64,000 nucleotides of DNA from an uncultured Planctomycetaceae bacterium (GCA_963833985.1 CAWIAD010000002.1:3904001-3968000); one strand, 5' to 3'; positions 39,558 through 50,657 are shown, counted from the stretch's first letter. The notes: generated by a model not told the origin, from the letters alone. Translations and numbers: made by a program.

Positions 39558-42044
39558 GTGACGTTGAGACCGACACGAGAAACACTGGGCTTCGCTCTGG
39601 CCCTCGCTGTCTGCCTCGTTCTCTTCCTGCACGACACACTGGTTGGCGGCAAGATCCTCAGTCCGGCCGACGTGCTGCTCGTCGAGGCGAGCTTCCGACC
39701 CGCGGGAACCACGGACTACGAGCCGCTGAACCGGCTGCTCATGGATCCCGTGCTCCAGTTCCAGCCCTGGCTGGAGTTCAACCGCGCCATGGTGCGCCAG
39801 GGGCGGCTGCCGCTCTGGAACCCGTACGCGGGCTGCGGGACGCCTCACCTGGCCAACGGCCAGAGCGCAGTGTTCGATCCATTCCACCTGATCGCCTACC
39901 TGGGCACGGTACCGCAGGCCCTGGCCTGGATGGCCGCGGGAAGGCTCTGGGCCGCCGGGCTGGGGATGTTCCTCCTGGCACGAGCCTGGGGATGCGGATT
40001 CTGGGGTCGCTGGTTCGCCGGATTGGTTTATCCGTTCTGCGGCTTCCTCATCCTCTGGCTGCTTTACCCGGTGACGCCCGTCGCGATCTGGCTTCCCTGG
40101 ATCTTGCTGGCCAGCGACCGCGTCCTGAAGCGGCCAGGTCCTCGGAATGCCGGGTTGCTCGCTCTCGTCGTGGCTCTGGTGATCGCCGGGGGCCATATCC
40201 AGACGAGCGCCCACGTCCTGCTGGCCGCCGGGTTGCTGGCGATCTGGCGGATGACGCGACGCTTGCCCGGTACGGGACCCGCGCCTGTTCCGCCGGTGCG
40301 GCATTCCGCCCCCGGCGACCCGCTGTCTCCAGGCCTGCACACGGCAGAAGAGACGGTGGTGGTGCCGAATTCCGGGCGATTCGAGAGCCGCAGCGGGTTG
40401 CTCGCGTGGACCGCCGGCATCGCGTTGGGCGTGCTGCTGGCCGCCGTGCAGGTCTTGCCGCTGGCTGGTTACCTGGCCCGAAGCTCGGTCTGGAGCGACC
40501 GCCAGCGTGAGACCGCAGCCTGGTATACGCTGGCGCGACCGCGTCTGGCGGACGCCCTGTGCACGGCGCTGCCTTATCTTTACGGCAGTCAGCGCAGGGG
40601 GCACCCCAACCTCGCCAGGGGGCTGGGGGTGCACAACCTGAATGAGTCCGCCGGCGGTTATGCGGGGCTGGCCACGCTGATCTGGCTGGCCCCGCTGGCG
40701 CTCGGCCGGCGGAGCAGCAGGCCGGAGGTTGGCCTCCTGGCCGCCATGGGAATCATCGGCGCCATGGCTGCATTTCGCGTCTTTCCCGTGGACAACCTGT
40801 TTCGCGCATTGCCGGTACTGAGCGTCACCGATAACCGGCGGTTCACGCTCTGGGTCGCGTTCAGCCTCTGCCTGCTGGGCGGGTTCGGCATGGACGCGCT
40901 GGCGTGCGGCAGCCGGCTGCCTCGGCGCTGGGTGCTCGTGTGGCTCGCCTGCGCAGCGATTCTGGCAGCGGCTGCGGTGGCCGTGCCGCGGCTTGAGCCC
41001 GTGCTCCGCCGCCAGGCCAGACGGCACTACCGCGAGACGGCCAGGCTTGTGCCGCAGGCCGACGCGAGCCTACTGGCAGCGCGGGGCGAGCGTCAGGTCC
41101 GCGCGGCGCTCGACTTTCTGCCGCGATACTACGGAATGGCCGCATTCGAGCTGGTGCTGCTGGTGATCCTGGCTCAGCGCGTTGTCCGCCCGGGCTCTCG
41201 TCGAGCGGGCCTCGTCCCCGCCGTCCTGACCGGCGTCACGCTGCTCGAGCTGGGCGGCTTCGGGATGGGATTGAACCCGGGAGTTCCCCTTTCGGTTCAC
41301 GATATCGAGCCTCCCACGCTGCCTCAGCTGCGCCGCGCGCTGAAGCCCGGAGCCCGGCTGCTGGGCATTGGCGAGGAGCTGCCGCCGAACGTCCTGATGC
41401 GGTTCGGCCTTGCGGATCCTCGCAACTATGATTCGGTGGAGCTGACAGACAGCCTGGGCTTCTTCGCGCCGCTCTATGATCCCGGGACCGGGGCCCTGTC
41501 GAGCCGCGCCCAGATCACCTGGGACGGAGTGTTGCGCGCCCGCGACCGCCTGGAAGCCGCCTGCGTCCAGGCGGTGATCGGTTCCTCGCGGCCCCCCGAT
41601 TCCTTTCCGCGAATGGAGCGCATGGGCAATGTCTGGATCGCCTGGCTTGACCCTCGTCCGCGTGTGAGTTTCTCGGTCCCAGGTTCAGATTTCAGCGCCA
41701 GGCAGCAGCCTGGCGAGATCGTCGTGCGGACGCACGGTCCCACCGCCGGCCCGCTGGTGATCCGAGAAACGTGGGACCCGGGGTGGAACGCACGGATCGA
41801 CGGCGGCACGGTTTTCATCGATAAACATGAAGACTCATTCATGTCTATTTATGTGCCTGCGGGCGATCATCAAGTCGAGCTGCGGTACCGGCCCGCCGCG
41901 GTGGTTCTGGGGCTCTGGGGATCCGCTCTGGGCACGCTGGCGATGATACTCGCCTTGACAGAAAGGCTCTGTTTCAGGATTCCTGGAATAACCAGGACAG
42001 GGCTTGGACGGATCCACGCCTTGACGTTAGAATCGAGCCAGTGA
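39558..42044 (+). CDS. YfhO-like polytopic membrane protein (putative GT-C glycosyltransferase)
   Basis: GRLPLWNPYAGCGTP, many TM segments, ETWDPGWNARIDG, VPAGDHQVELRYRP; AAGGAGG before GTG. Confidence 0.8.
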   Translation: MTLRPTRETLGFALALAVCLVLFLHDTLVGGKILSPADVLLVEASFRPAGTTDYEPLNRLLMDPVLQFQPWLEFNRAMVRQGRLPLWNPYAGCGTPHLANGQSAVFDPFHLIAYLGTVPQALAWMAAGRLWAAGLGMFLLARAWGCGFWGRWFAGLVYPFCGFLILWLLYPVTPVAIWLPWILLASDRVLKRPGPRNAGLLALVVALVIAGGHIQTSAHVLLAAGLLAIWRMTRRLPGTGPAPVPPVRHSAPGDPLSPGLHTAEETVVVPNSGRFESRSGLLAWTAGIALGVLLAAVQVLPLAGYLARSSVWSDRQRETAAWYTLARPRLADALCTALPYLYGSQRRGHPNLARGLGVHNLNESAGGYAGLATLIWLAPLALGRRSSRPEVGLLAAMGIIGAMAAFRVFPVDNLFRALPVLSVTDNRRFTLWVAFSLCLLGGFGMDALACGSRLPRRWVLVWLACAAILAAAAVAVPRLEPVLRRQARRHYRETARLVPQADASLLAARGERQVRAALDFLPRYYGMAAFELVLLVILAQRVVRPGSRRAGLVPAVLTGVTLLELGGFGMGLNPGVPLSVHDIEPPTLPQLRRALKPGARLLGIGEELPPNVLMRFGLADPRNYDSVELTDSLGFFAPLYDPGTGALSSRAQITWDGVLRARDRLEAACVQAVIGSSRPPDSFPRMERMGNVWIAWLDPRPRVSFSVPGSDFSARQQPGEIVVRTHGPTAGPLVIRETWDPGWNARIDGGTVFIDKHEDSFMSIYVPAGDHQVELRYRPAAVVLGLWGSALGTLAMILALTERLCFRIPGITRTGLGRIHALTLESSQ

Positions 42045-42095
42045 ACTTGAGCGGACACTTGGGACCGGCTCATCAATCTGAGGGATGAAACGCTG

Positions 42096-42404
42096 ATGGT
42101 CCACTTCACGTGCGATCTCTGCGGCAAGGACTTGACCACGTGCCCCGATGGTCGGTTCGTGGTCAAGATTGAAGCATATCCCGGTTTTGACCCGACCGAG
42201 ATCAAGGAAGACGACCTTGCGGATGACCCGATGGAAGCCGTCTCGCAGATTCTCCAGCGCGATGAGGCGTTGAGCGCCGATGAGCTCGCAACCACGCTGC
42301 ACAAAGGGTTCCGGTTCGACCTCTGCCCGGCATGCCATCGCAAGTTTCTCAGCGATCCGCTGGGCAAGGAAGCCGTCAGGCTCTTCGACTTCAGCAAGAA
42401 CTGA
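42096..42404 (+). CDS. Small protein with two CxxC motifs (putative Zn-binding)
   Basis: FTCDLCGK ... FDLCPACH. Confidence 0.75.
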   Translation: MVHFTCDLCGKDLTTCPDGRFVVKIEAYPGFDPTEIKEDDLADDPMEAVSQILQRDEALSADELATTLHKGFRFDLCPACHRKFLSDPLGKEAVRLFDFSKN

Positions 42405-42442
42405 GCCGAGCAGTCCCGAGGCGCCGCTTTTGCCGAGGGTAG

Positions 42443-43744
42443 TCAGCGTGTGGTGAGCAGGATCAGATTGGTGATCATCGACACGGCCAGAATCATGGCC
42501 ATGGCGGCGATGATCTGGTTGCGGCTGTTGACGATCCCGGCCAGCTCGATCATCTGGCCTTCGTCCGCAAAGCTTGCGGCCGCCATGTCCTCATCGATAT
42601 CGCCCTGCGCCAGGGCCTCGAGGCTTTCCGGCTTCTGAGCGGCGATCATCGGGCTCTCGCCCTGGATCAGGCACTTGAGGTCGAGAATCAGGTCGTCTGG
42701 GGTGGAGTATCGGTGTTCGCGGTTCTTGGCCAGCATCGTCTCGACGACCATGCCCAGGCCGCTGGAGAGCCGGGTATTGAGATGGTCCGGCGGGACGAGC
42801 TGAACACGCGGGTCGACATGCTTGCGCATCACGTCGGAGGGGTTGTCGCCGCCGTAGGGTACGCGGCCGGTGACCATGTGGTAAAACGTTGCGCCCAGGC
42901 TGTAGAGGTCGGCCCGGATGTCGATATCGGTCTGCCCCCGTACTTGCTCGGGGCTGATGTAGTACGGTGTCCCGATCGCCATGCCAGCCTCGGCCAGCCC
43001 CCATTTCTCATCGTCGGTCAACCGTGCCAGTCCAAGGTCGGCCAGCTTCACCCCGCCGTCCTTGGTGATGATGACATTCTCCGGCTTGATGTCACGATGG
43101 ATCAAACCGCGGTGAGCCGCGTGCTTCAGCGCCTCGGCCACCGCAAGGACGATGCGGATCGCTTCCTTCTCCTCGAAGATTTTGTGCTGATCGATATAGT
43201 CCTTGATCGTCAGCCCCTCGACGTACTCCATCACGAAGAAGAACCGCCCGCCCGCCTCCCCCGCATCAATCGCGTTGACCACGTTGTTGTGCGAGAGCTT
43301 GGCGGCGATCTTGGCTTCACGCTCGAAACGCTTGATGAATTCCTTGTTCTGCGCCAGCGAATCAAGCAGGACCTTCACGGCCACGAGCCGATCCACGCTG
43401 AGCTGCCGCGCCTTGTACACGGCACCCATCGAGCCGCGGCCAAGGCGCTCCAGGATCTGGTATCCTGGGATCTCCAGCTTCCGCGCCACGTCACCCTTTT
43501 CCTGGAGCAACCGGACCATCTGGCTCCGTGTCAGCACCTTGGCATCAACCATGACCTCGAGCAAACTCGGTGAAGGTTGTTTGTCCCTGGCGATGAGCTT
43601 GGAACGGTGGCTCTTGCAAGCCTCGATCTCGCTTTCGGTCGCCAGTCCGCGGCGCAGGATCGATTTTTCCAGGTTGCTCTCGTCGAGCGTCGAGAGCGCC
43701 TTCTGATCCTTTCCTGCCGGGTTGCCTTCGACCGAAGTGGCCAT
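42443..43744 (-). CDS. Hanks-type Ser/Thr protein kinase with C-terminal TM segment
   Basis: GRGSMG, VAVK, HRDIKPEN, DLG, GTPYYISPEQ. Confidence 0.93.
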   Translation of the reverse strand: MATSVEGNPAGKDQKALSTLDESNLEKSILRRGLATESEIEACKSHRSKLIARDKQPSPSLLEVMVDAKVLTRSQMVRLLQEKGDVARKLEIPGYQILERLGRGSMGAVYKARQLSVDRLVAVKVLLDSLAQNKEFIKRFEREAKIAAKLSHNNVVNAIDAGEAGGRFFFVMEYVEGLTIKDYIDQHKIFEEKEAIRIVLAVAEALKHAAHRGLIHRDIKPENVIITKDGGVKLADLGLARLTDDEKWGLAEAGMAIGTPYYISPEQVRGQTDIDIRADLYSLGATFYHMVTGRVPYGGDNPSDVMRKHVDPRVQLVPPDHLNTRLSSGLGMVVETMLAKNREHRYSTPDDLILDLKCLIQGESPMIAAQKPESLEALAQGDIDEDMAAASFADEGQMIELAGIVNSRNQIIAAMAMILAVSMITNLILLTTR

Positions 43745-44175
43745 ACCGCCGTCTCCACCCTTTATTACACCCCCCGGCTCGGGGGTCGAGCTGGCTTCCC
43801 GGGAGGACAATCAACGGTGATTGATCTATTTGAACCGGAACAGGAAGTGTGGATCGACCGCGCAAGACCGAAGCGCCGCCGGAAGTAAGTATGGAACGAC
43901 TGGGAACGTTGTCAACGGGTTTCTCTCCGCGCTCCGCGACTCTTCGGCGACTGCCGCGGCCTCACCAGGGTCGCGTCGCCAGGGGCGAACGATCCGTAGC
44001 CTCCGCCTTCACCTGTGATCCAGCTCCCCTCAATAATAGTATAGTGTTTCTCGTTAAACATCCTCTACGATCACAACCGGCCGGCAGTGACGCGCCCACC
44101 GCGCGGAAGCCCGGATCTCCGGTGGCCGCTGGATGTCCTTCCCTGGAGCTCTCAGACCATTGGACGGAGGCGACG

Positions 44176-45283
44176 TTGCTCACGATCGGTGTCATTCCGG
44201 GCGACGGTGTCGGGCCCGAAGTCATGTCGGAAAGTCTTGCAGTCTTTGATGATGTGGCGCGGCGATCAGGCCTGGAATATGCTCTCAGAAGGTTCGACCT
44301 GGGTGGTGAAGCGTACCTGGCCACCGGCAAGGTCCTGCCCCGGCAAGCCGTCGAGGATTTGCGCGCCTGCGACGTCATCTTGCTGGGCGCCGTCGGTCAC
44401 CCCGGAGTTCCCCCGGGAATTCTTCGAGCAGGGGATCTTGCTCCGCCTGCGGTTCGATTTCCAGCAGTACATCAACCTGCGCCCGGTACGCCTTTATCCG
44501 GGCGTCGAGTCGCCGGTTCGAGGTAAGCTGCCGGACGACGTTGATATGGTGGTGGTCCGCGAGAACAATGAAGACCTGTACGTGGGCGCCGGGGGCTTCA
44601 CCCGGAAGGGGACGGCCGAGGAAGTCGCCATCCAGACCTCGATCAACACTCGGGCCGGGGTGGAACGGGCGATTCGCTTCGCCTTCGAACAGGCCAGGCG
44701 CCGGGCCGGCCAGGGTCCCTTCAGGGGGCTCTCCCGCACCGAGGTGGACGGCGGCAAGACTCGCCAGGTGACCCTCGTCGCCAAGACCAACGTCCTGACC
44801 TACGCGCATGACCTCTGGATGCGTGCCTTCACGGAAATTTCGCGTGACTATTCCGACATCAAGTGCGACTATCAGCACGTGGACGCCTGCTGCATGCGGA
44901 TGGTCGTCAATCCCGAGCGTTTCGACGTGATCGTCACCACCAACATGTTCGGCGACATCATCACCGACCTGGGAGCCGTGCTCCAGGGCGGCATGGGACT
45001 GGCCGCCTCCGGCAATCTCAACCCGGAACGTTCGGCTCCCAGCATGTTCGAACCAGTGCATGGCTCCGCACCGGACATTGCCGGCAAAGGCATTGCCAAT
45101 CCGCTGGCCGCCATCCTCTCGGCGGCGATGATGCTTGACCATGTGGGCCAGGCTGAGGCGGCCGAGCGCATTCGCTGCGCCGTGGCGCGCGTCCTCAGCC
45201 AGCCGGCACCCCGAACACCCGACCTGGGTGGAACAGCGACCACGGCGGACGTGGGACGAGCCGTCCGGGAGGCGCTGAATTAA
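44176..45283 (+). CDS. leuB: 3-isopropylmalate dehydrogenase; frameshift ~44422
   Basis: IPGDGVGPEV, INLRPV, VRENNE, KTNV, NMFGDIITD, FEPVHGSAPDIAGKGIANP. Confidence 0.85.
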
Positions 45284-45301
45284 TCGAGGAGAACCCTGCC
45301 C

Positions 45302-45934
45302 ATGACCGGCGGCGATGGATGTCCCCTCCAGGGCAGCGTTCTCGTACTCAACAAGTTCTATACTGCCGTTCAAATCATCTCGGTTCGCCGGGCCTTCGGC
45401 CTGCTCTTCAAGGAACTCGCCGAGGTGGTCGCGATCGATGACGCCCAGTACATGGGGTTCAACCTCGGCTCGTGGCGCGAGGTCTCCCGGACGCGGGCCC
45501 TGTACACGGACCCGGATGACGAGTACGTCCGCTCGGTGCACTTCGAGATCCGGGTTCCCCGGATCATTCGCCTGCTCGCCTACGATCGGGTTCCGCGGCA
45601 GAAGGTCAAGTTCAACCGCCGCAATATCTTCGCCCGCGACGGCAACCGCTGCCAGTATTGCGGCCGCAAGTTCCCCACCAGCGAACTGAGCCTGGACCAC
45701 GTCGTCCCGCGCAGTCAGGGAGGACGGGCCACGTGGGAGAACATCGTCTGCGCCTGCGTGAAGTGCAACGTCAGGAAGGGAGGCCGGACCCCGCGCCAGG
45801 CGTCGATGCAGCTCTATCGCGAGCCGGTCCAGCCCCGCACCAGCCCGACTCTTCGGCTCAAACTCTCGCAACGTAAGTATGTAAGCTGGAAAGTCTTTCT
45901 TGACAATGCTTACTGGTCGGTGGAGCTGGAATGA
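45302..45934 (+). CDS. HNH endonuclease
   Basis: RRNIFARD..RCQYCG..LDHVVPRSQGG..WENIVCACVKCN. Confidence 0.92.
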   Translation: MTGGDGCPLQGSVLVLNKFYTAVQIISVRRAFGLLFKELAEVVAIDDAQYMGFNLGSWREVSRTRALYTDPDDEYVRSVHFEIRVPRIIRLLAYDRVPRQKVKFNRRNIFARDGNRCQYCGRKFPTSELSLDHVVPRSQGGRATWENIVCACVKCNVRKGGRTPRQASMQLYREPVQPRTSPTLRLKLSQRKYVSWKVFLDNAYWSVELE

Positions 45935-46139
45935 ACCTGGGACCGCGGCAAGGCGGAAGCACCCTGCCAGGCTGCCGCGCTGGTCGCAGGTGTACGCCCG
46001 CAACATGAGTGGAGGAATTCAACCCCGATTCGTTGGCAACCGTGCGCGCAATCGTGTATCCTGAACAGAGGGTCGTCGTTACAAGCAGGAACGGAGTCAC
46101 AAGCGGTGTGCTCCTGGTGGCTGGGCCGAGGAACCAACG

Positions 46140-47081
46140 ATGCAGCGTCATCCGATCCAGTCTCGATCCAAGGCGGGCTTCACCCTCATCGAACTGCTCG
46201 TGGTCATTGCCATCATCGGCGTCCTCGTGGCACTTCTGCTTCCCGCGGTTCAGTCGGCTCGTGAAGCCGGCAATCGTGCCCGCTGTCAGAACAATCTCAA
46301 GCAGCTTGGCCTGGCGGCCCAGCAATACCACGATAGCTTTAATGCTTTTCCGGCAGGCTGGTATTGCCAGGCGCCGGTCTACGACTCCAACGGCAACCTG
46401 ACCACCGACGTCAATTGCGCAACCCCTTCGACTCCCTATCAGAATTACATGTGGGGCCTGCTTCCCAGCCTCTTCGGCAAGCTCGAGCAAACCAACCTGT
46501 ACAACGAGCTGAACACGCTCCTGCCGCCCACGAACATGGAGAATTCCACGGCGATCCGCCGCACCGTGGATGTGCTGGTCTGTCCGTCGAACCGGCGTCC
46601 CGAGACCGTGACCCAGACCGGCTCGACGCAGAGGATTGGCCCCGCGGATTACCGGGGCAACATGGCCGCTGGCATGATCCTTCCCGACCCCAACAGCAAT
46701 TGCCCCACCCAGAACCCGGCAAATATCTACTGCTGCGTCTACGACAATGGCATGACCTACCAGAACTCGAGCGTCAGCATGGCCGACATCCAGGACGGCA
46801 CAACCAATACAATCCTGCTCGGCGAGACGCTCTCGGGCAACTGGTCGATGGCCACAAGCTGCTGCGTCCGCACCAACCTGGACCGCACGCTCAACAGGCC
46901 GATCGTCATCAACGGCGTGAACTACTACACCTACTGGATGAGCAAGCATCCCGGGCAGGCGAACTTCGTGAACTGCGACGGCAGCATCCGGCTGGTGAAC
47001 CAGACGATCAACAAGCTGGTCCTGACCAAGCTCATGACCCGGAGCGGCGGCGAGGCGATCTCTGCCGATGAGACCCGCTAA
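46140..47081 (+). CDS. DUF1559 prepilin-type protein with H-X9-DG motif
   Basis: [47 protein letters not shown]. Confidence 0.93.
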   Translation: MQRHPIQSRSKAGFTLIELLVVIAIIGVLVALLLPAVQSAREAGNRARCQNNLKQLGLAAQQYHDSFNAFPAGWYCQAPVYDSNGNLTTDVNCATPSTPYQNYMWGLLPSLFGKLEQTNLYNELNTLLPPTNMENSTAIRRTVDVLVCPSNRRPETVTQTGSTQRIGPADYRGNMAAGMILPDPNSNCPTQNPANIYCCVYDNGMTYQNSSVSMADIQDGTTNTILLGETLSGNWSMATSCCVRTNLDRTLNRPIVINGVNYYTYWMSKHPGQANFVNCDGSIRLVNQTINKLVLTKLMTRSGGEAISADETR

Positions 47082-47691
47082 CGGCCCGGCCCTCCTGAAT
47101 TCCCCCCGCACCCAAGGGCTTGAATCCGCCCCGGACAAGCAGGCTTGGCACTTTTTGCCGAGCCCCGGGCCGTTCATCAACAGACCATCGCAACTCTTCT
47201 GATGGCGTGGTCAGATGGACTCAGCAGCGCGGTCAAGTCTGACCGTTTTGGCCGAATCGCTGCCGCCCGAGGATCAGGTCCGGTGGACCTCGTCGCGAGG
47301 GCATCGGTTCGAGCTCGGGGCCTGCCTGAGAAGGGTATCTCTCTGCCTCGCCATCGAAGGGGCGCGGAACGGTGCTCGCGTCGGAATTGCATCATTTGAG
47401 ATTCTTTCCCTGGAGTTGTGGAACTGACGGAGGACGCACCGGAGCGGGTTGCCCCCCACGGCCAAACACGCCATGGAGCGGAATGGTCAGGTCCTCGGCT
47501 TCCCCAGGTACCGTCAAGACTCTCACCAGTCGCACGCAGAGATCCCTGTTGGCTACCTCTTCTGTATGTCATAATACGCTAATGATTGGCCCGCCGGGTA
47601 TGAGCCAGGCCCTACTGGCCGAGCGGCTTCAGACACCTGCCTGCCCCCGCTCACACCGGCCGGAAGCATTGAACGCTCGGGAGGCAACGTC

Positions 47692-49014
47692 ATGCCAACC
47701 ACGCCGAACGGCGGCGCCCATGTCGAGGCCGCTGCCAAGAACCCAAATCTGCCGATTTTGCACAAGGTGGGCGACCTGATCGCGCCCAAGGCGCCCACAG
47801 ACATCGCCTCGACGGGGCTGGAAGCAAGCGTCCTGACTGGCCTCCTGGTGAAGTGGGGTCTGATGGAGACCCGGTTCACCACGGAAGAGGTCGCCCAGAA
47901 ACTGCACCTGTCCGTGCCTCTGGCTCGTCAGGTACTGGAGAAGACCTGCTTCGAGGGGAGCGTGGAGCAGCTTTACCAGACCGGTGAGGGCACCTACCGC
48001 TACCGGATCACGGAAGATGGCCGCCAGCACGCGGCGCGGTTGCTGGAGGTTTGCGGTTACATTGGCCCTGCGCCGGTGAGCCTGGCGGCTTATACATCAT
48101 TGTTGCGCTGGCAGTTCGCGAACACGCCGCCGGTTCACCCCGAGCGTGTGGCTGCCGCCCTCTCTGGCCTGGTCCTCTCGCCGAGAGCGATGGAGCTCGT
48201 CGGCCTCGCCGCCTCCTCCGGGCGTAGCCTCTTCCTCTTCGGACCACCCGGAAACGGCAAGACCAGCATCGGGCGGAAGGTCCAGGCTGCGCTGTCAGGA
48301 GATTACTGGATCCCCCACGCCGTCAGCGTGGGCAACGACGTGATTCACCTGTACGACGAGCAGAGTCATCAGCGGGTCGACACTGGCGACCATCCCGCGG
48401 GGATCGACCAACGGTGGGTTCGTATTCGTCGTCCCCTGGTTGTGGTCGGCGGCGAGCTGACGATTGAGAGCCTCGATTTGATCTACAGCCCCGCGTTGCG
48501 CCAGTACGAGGCGCCTCCGCATCTCAAGGCCAACGGCGGCGTGTTCCTGGTCGACGACTTTGGCCGCGAGCGCGTCTCACCCGACCAGTTGCTCAATCGT
48601 TTCATCACGCCGATGGAGCACCAGATCGATTATTTCACGCTGCGTACGGGCCAGAAGATTCAACTGCCACTCCGTCACATTCTCATCATCTGCACCAATC
48701 TCAGTCCGGACGTGGTCACGGACCCGGCCTTCCTTCGTCGCCTGGGGTATCGCGTCTATCTGGGGTCGCCCACCCCGGAACAGTTCAGCCAGATTCTCCA
48801 GCAGTATGCGCAGCGCCGGGGAGCCGCCGTCGCCCCCGAGCTGATCGCGCATCTGCTCGAGCGTTACCGTGCGCAGAACCGTGAGATGCGTTCGTGTGAG
48901 CCGCGCGACCTGATCGAGCGCGCCCGCGATATCTGCCGCTTTCGCGGTACGTCCTTCGAGCTGACTCGGGAGGTGCTCGACCTGGCCTGGATTGGTTACT
49001 TCGGCGATCAGTGA
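47692..49014 (+). CDS. AAA-type ATPase with N-terminal winged-helix-like region
   Basis: GPPGNGKT Walker A; FLVDDFGR Walker B; DPAFLRR. Confidence 0.85.
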   Translation: MPTTPNGGAHVEAAAKNPNLPILHKVGDLIAPKAPTDIASTGLEASVLTGLLVKWGLMETRFTTEEVAQKLHLSVPLARQVLEKTCFEGSVEQLYQTGEGTYRYRITEDGRQHAARLLEVCGYIGPAPVSLAAYTSLLRWQFANTPPVHPERVAAALSGLVLSPRAMELVGLAASSGRSLFLFGPPGNGKTSIGRKVQAALSGDYWIPHAVSVGNDVIHLYDEQSHQRVDTGDHPAGIDQRWVRIRRPLVVVGGELTIESLDLIYSPALRQYEAPPHLKANGGVFLVDDFGRERVSPDQLLNRFITPMEHQIDYFTLRTGQKIQLPLRHILIICTNLSPDVVTDPAFLRRLGYRVYLGSPTPEQFSQILQQYAQRRGAAVAPELIAHLLERYRAQNREMRSCEPRDLIERARDICRFRGTSFELTREVLDLAWIGYFGDQ

Positions 49015-49056
49015 CCGCTCAGAAGAGACGAGTCGCTCCTTATCCGCCAAATCTCA

Positions 49057-49392
49057 TCAGAGGAACCTCACCTGACCGGCCAAGTCTGGAGGGTCAAGCC
49101 GTTCCCAGACAAGAACCAGGCCGCGGACAATGTCACCGATGCTTCGCTTTCGCTGCTGGCAGTAAACGACGCCTGAGTGCTCGACTCCAGAGGCAGCAAG
49201 CCGCAAAAGATCCTCGTCGTAGCTGAAGATTACCCGACCTTGGGCGAGACAAAACCGAAGCTGGTCCTCATCAGTGGCCCCGAGAAGACCCACCTCGGGC
49301 GTGGTCGTCACATCGATGCCGCGACGGCGAAGGCCGGCGGCGATGGCATGAGAGCAGTTCTCATCAAGATGAAATGGAATCGTCCGCGGCAT
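49057..49392 (-). CDS. DUF5615 PIN-like toxin
   Basis: FHLDEN...LRRRGIDV...DEDQL...FSYDED...HSGV; overlaps the DUF433 gene. Confidence 0.85.
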   Translation of the reverse strand: MPRTIPFHLDENCSHAIAAGLRRRGIDVTTTPEVGLLGATDEDQLRFCLAQGRVIFSYDEDLLRLAASGVEHSGVVYCQQRKRSIGDIVRGLVLVWERLDPPDLAGQVRFL

Positions 49393-49756
49393 TGGGCTTC
49401 CGTGCCTTGAGCTCATCGAAGATTGACGGAGCGTTGTTCCGGAGTTTCTCGGCAAACTCCTCGCCGTCTCGAATCTCCCGGTCTATCCCGTCCCGGTGGT
49501 CGAAGTAGTAGGCCAGGGCCGCGTGAACGTCAGAGAGGGTGATGGTCGGATACTCGGAAACGATTTCATCCGGGCTCATCCCCATCCGCTCATACCATAT
49601 GGCGACGTCCGCGACCGTGATACGGTGACCAGCGATGCGCGGCTTTCCCCCGCGGACCCCTGGGGTCATCACGATGCGGTCTGTAAGGCTTACACTTTCC
49701 ATAGAGGAAGAAGCCGTTATGCTCCCAGGTTGGCTCGTCGGTTCCATGTGTTTCAT
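49364..49756 (-). CDS. DUF433 antitoxin
   Basis: TPGVRGGKPRIAGHRITV...EYPTITLSDVHAALAYY. Start uncertain (49747 or 49756). Confidence 0.88.
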   Translation of the reverse strand: MKHMEPTSQPGSITASSSMESVSLTDRIVMTPGVRGGKPRIAGHRITVADVAIWYERMGMSPDEIVSEYPTITLSDVHAALAYYFDHRDGIDREIRDGEEFAEKLRNNAPSIFDELKARKPNAADDSISS

Positions 49757-49821
49757 CCTATCACAAATCTCGCCTCCCCGAGGAAATCGACAGTCCTGAA
49801 AGCGGCCAGGACTTTGGAACT

Positions 49822-49917
49822 CACATAAGAAAAAAGGACCACATAAGAAAAAAGGTTCTTCTAAGAGAAAAAAGGACACATGAGAGGACAAGAATGAGGA
49901 CAAAAAGGAGGACAAAG
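49822..49917. repeat. Purine-rich stutter tract A
   Basis: Exact 16-bp repeat CACATAAGAAAAAAGG at 49822 and 49840, followed by decaying AAAGGACA/GAGGACA units. Confidence 0.8.
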
Positions 49918-50114
49918 CTGGCGGAATTTTGGCGGAAGAGAGGCACGCCAAGAGCGAGTCGTTATGATTCTAACCGGATGAGCCACGGAGCGCGCGTGCA
50001 TGGCGGTGTAAGCAACTCCACACCCCGTGATCGACCCATAAAGGAGGTCGGAGCATCAGCAAGTCAGGAGCGGCTCTCCAAGCGGAGGCCGTGAGTGCAG
50101 GGAGAAAGGAGACC

Positions 50115-50591
50115 ATGAGGATTGTCGAGCGGAAGGTGTCCGCAGGGGATCGCGAGATCTTCGACCTCGATGAGTTCCTCTCGCGGCCATTGTATGCCCA
50201 CCTGGCGCACGATTCGAGACACGGGCCGAGGAATTCACCGGTCTGGTTCCACTGGGATGGCCGGGCGCTCTGGATCATCGGCGGCACGTCCTTTCCCGCG
50301 AACCTGAGTCGGGAGCCCCGCTGCGCCATCGGCATCGTGGACTGGGACCCGGCAACGGGACTGAGTCAACACGTCGGGCTCCGGGGCCGAGCGGAGGTGC
50401 TCGCGTTCGACCCCGCGGTCGCTCGAACAATCTTCAGGAAGTACTTTGGCCCCGATGAGGATCGGTGGGACCCGCGGTTCCGCGAGGACATCGCTGGCGA
50501 GACGGGCGTGCCGTTGATCCGGTTCATTCCCGAGACGGTTGTCATGCGCGACCAATCCTACGAACCCCCGGGTCAGATTGCGTCGGTCTGA
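50115..50591 (+). CDS. Pyridoxamine 5'-phosphate oxidase-like (split-barrel) protein
   Basis: FLSRPLYAHLA...PRNSPVWFHWDG...NLSREPRCAI...VGLRGRAE; AAGGAG RBS. Confidence 0.8.
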   Translation: MRIVERKVSAGDREIFDLDEFLSRPLYAHLAHDSRHGPRNSPVWFHWDGRALWIIGGTSFPANLSREPRCAIGIVDWDPATGLSQHVGLRGRAEVLAFDPAVARTIFRKYFGPDEDRWDPRFREDIAGETGVPLIRFIPETVVMRDQSYEPPGQIASV

Positions 50592-50657
50592 GGGGGCTCG
50601 ACCGGCGCGGCGTCGGCTGTCGAGGCGCAACTCGGGCGCGACCAGATCCCGCCAGCA

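Noticed and set aside
44411..44430. Programmed frameshifting or true pseudogenisation of leuB and the other split genes
   Set aside because: No slippery heptamers seen and both halves are well conserved; sequencing error is more parsimonious.
39213..46006. Long antisense ORFs (e.g. 39213..41027, 44375..46006) and similar ones throughout the window
   Set aside because: Shadow ORFs expected in high-GC DNA opposite well-supported genes; no recognisable motifs.
47142..47164. Sigma54 promoter (TTGGCAC...TTGC)
   Set aside because: GG-to-GC spacing is 8 nt, not 10. It is better read as a hairpin (GGCTTGGCA/TGCCGAGCC), and without a U-tract it is not called a terminator.
49919..49937. tRNA-derived att site (TGGCGGAATT matches the tRNA-Leu 5' part)
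   Set aside because: Only 10 bp, inverted relative to the tRNA, and not from its 3' end.
49961..50016. Integron attC site
   Set aside because: No properly paired RYYYAAC/GTTRRRY ends and no integron integrase.
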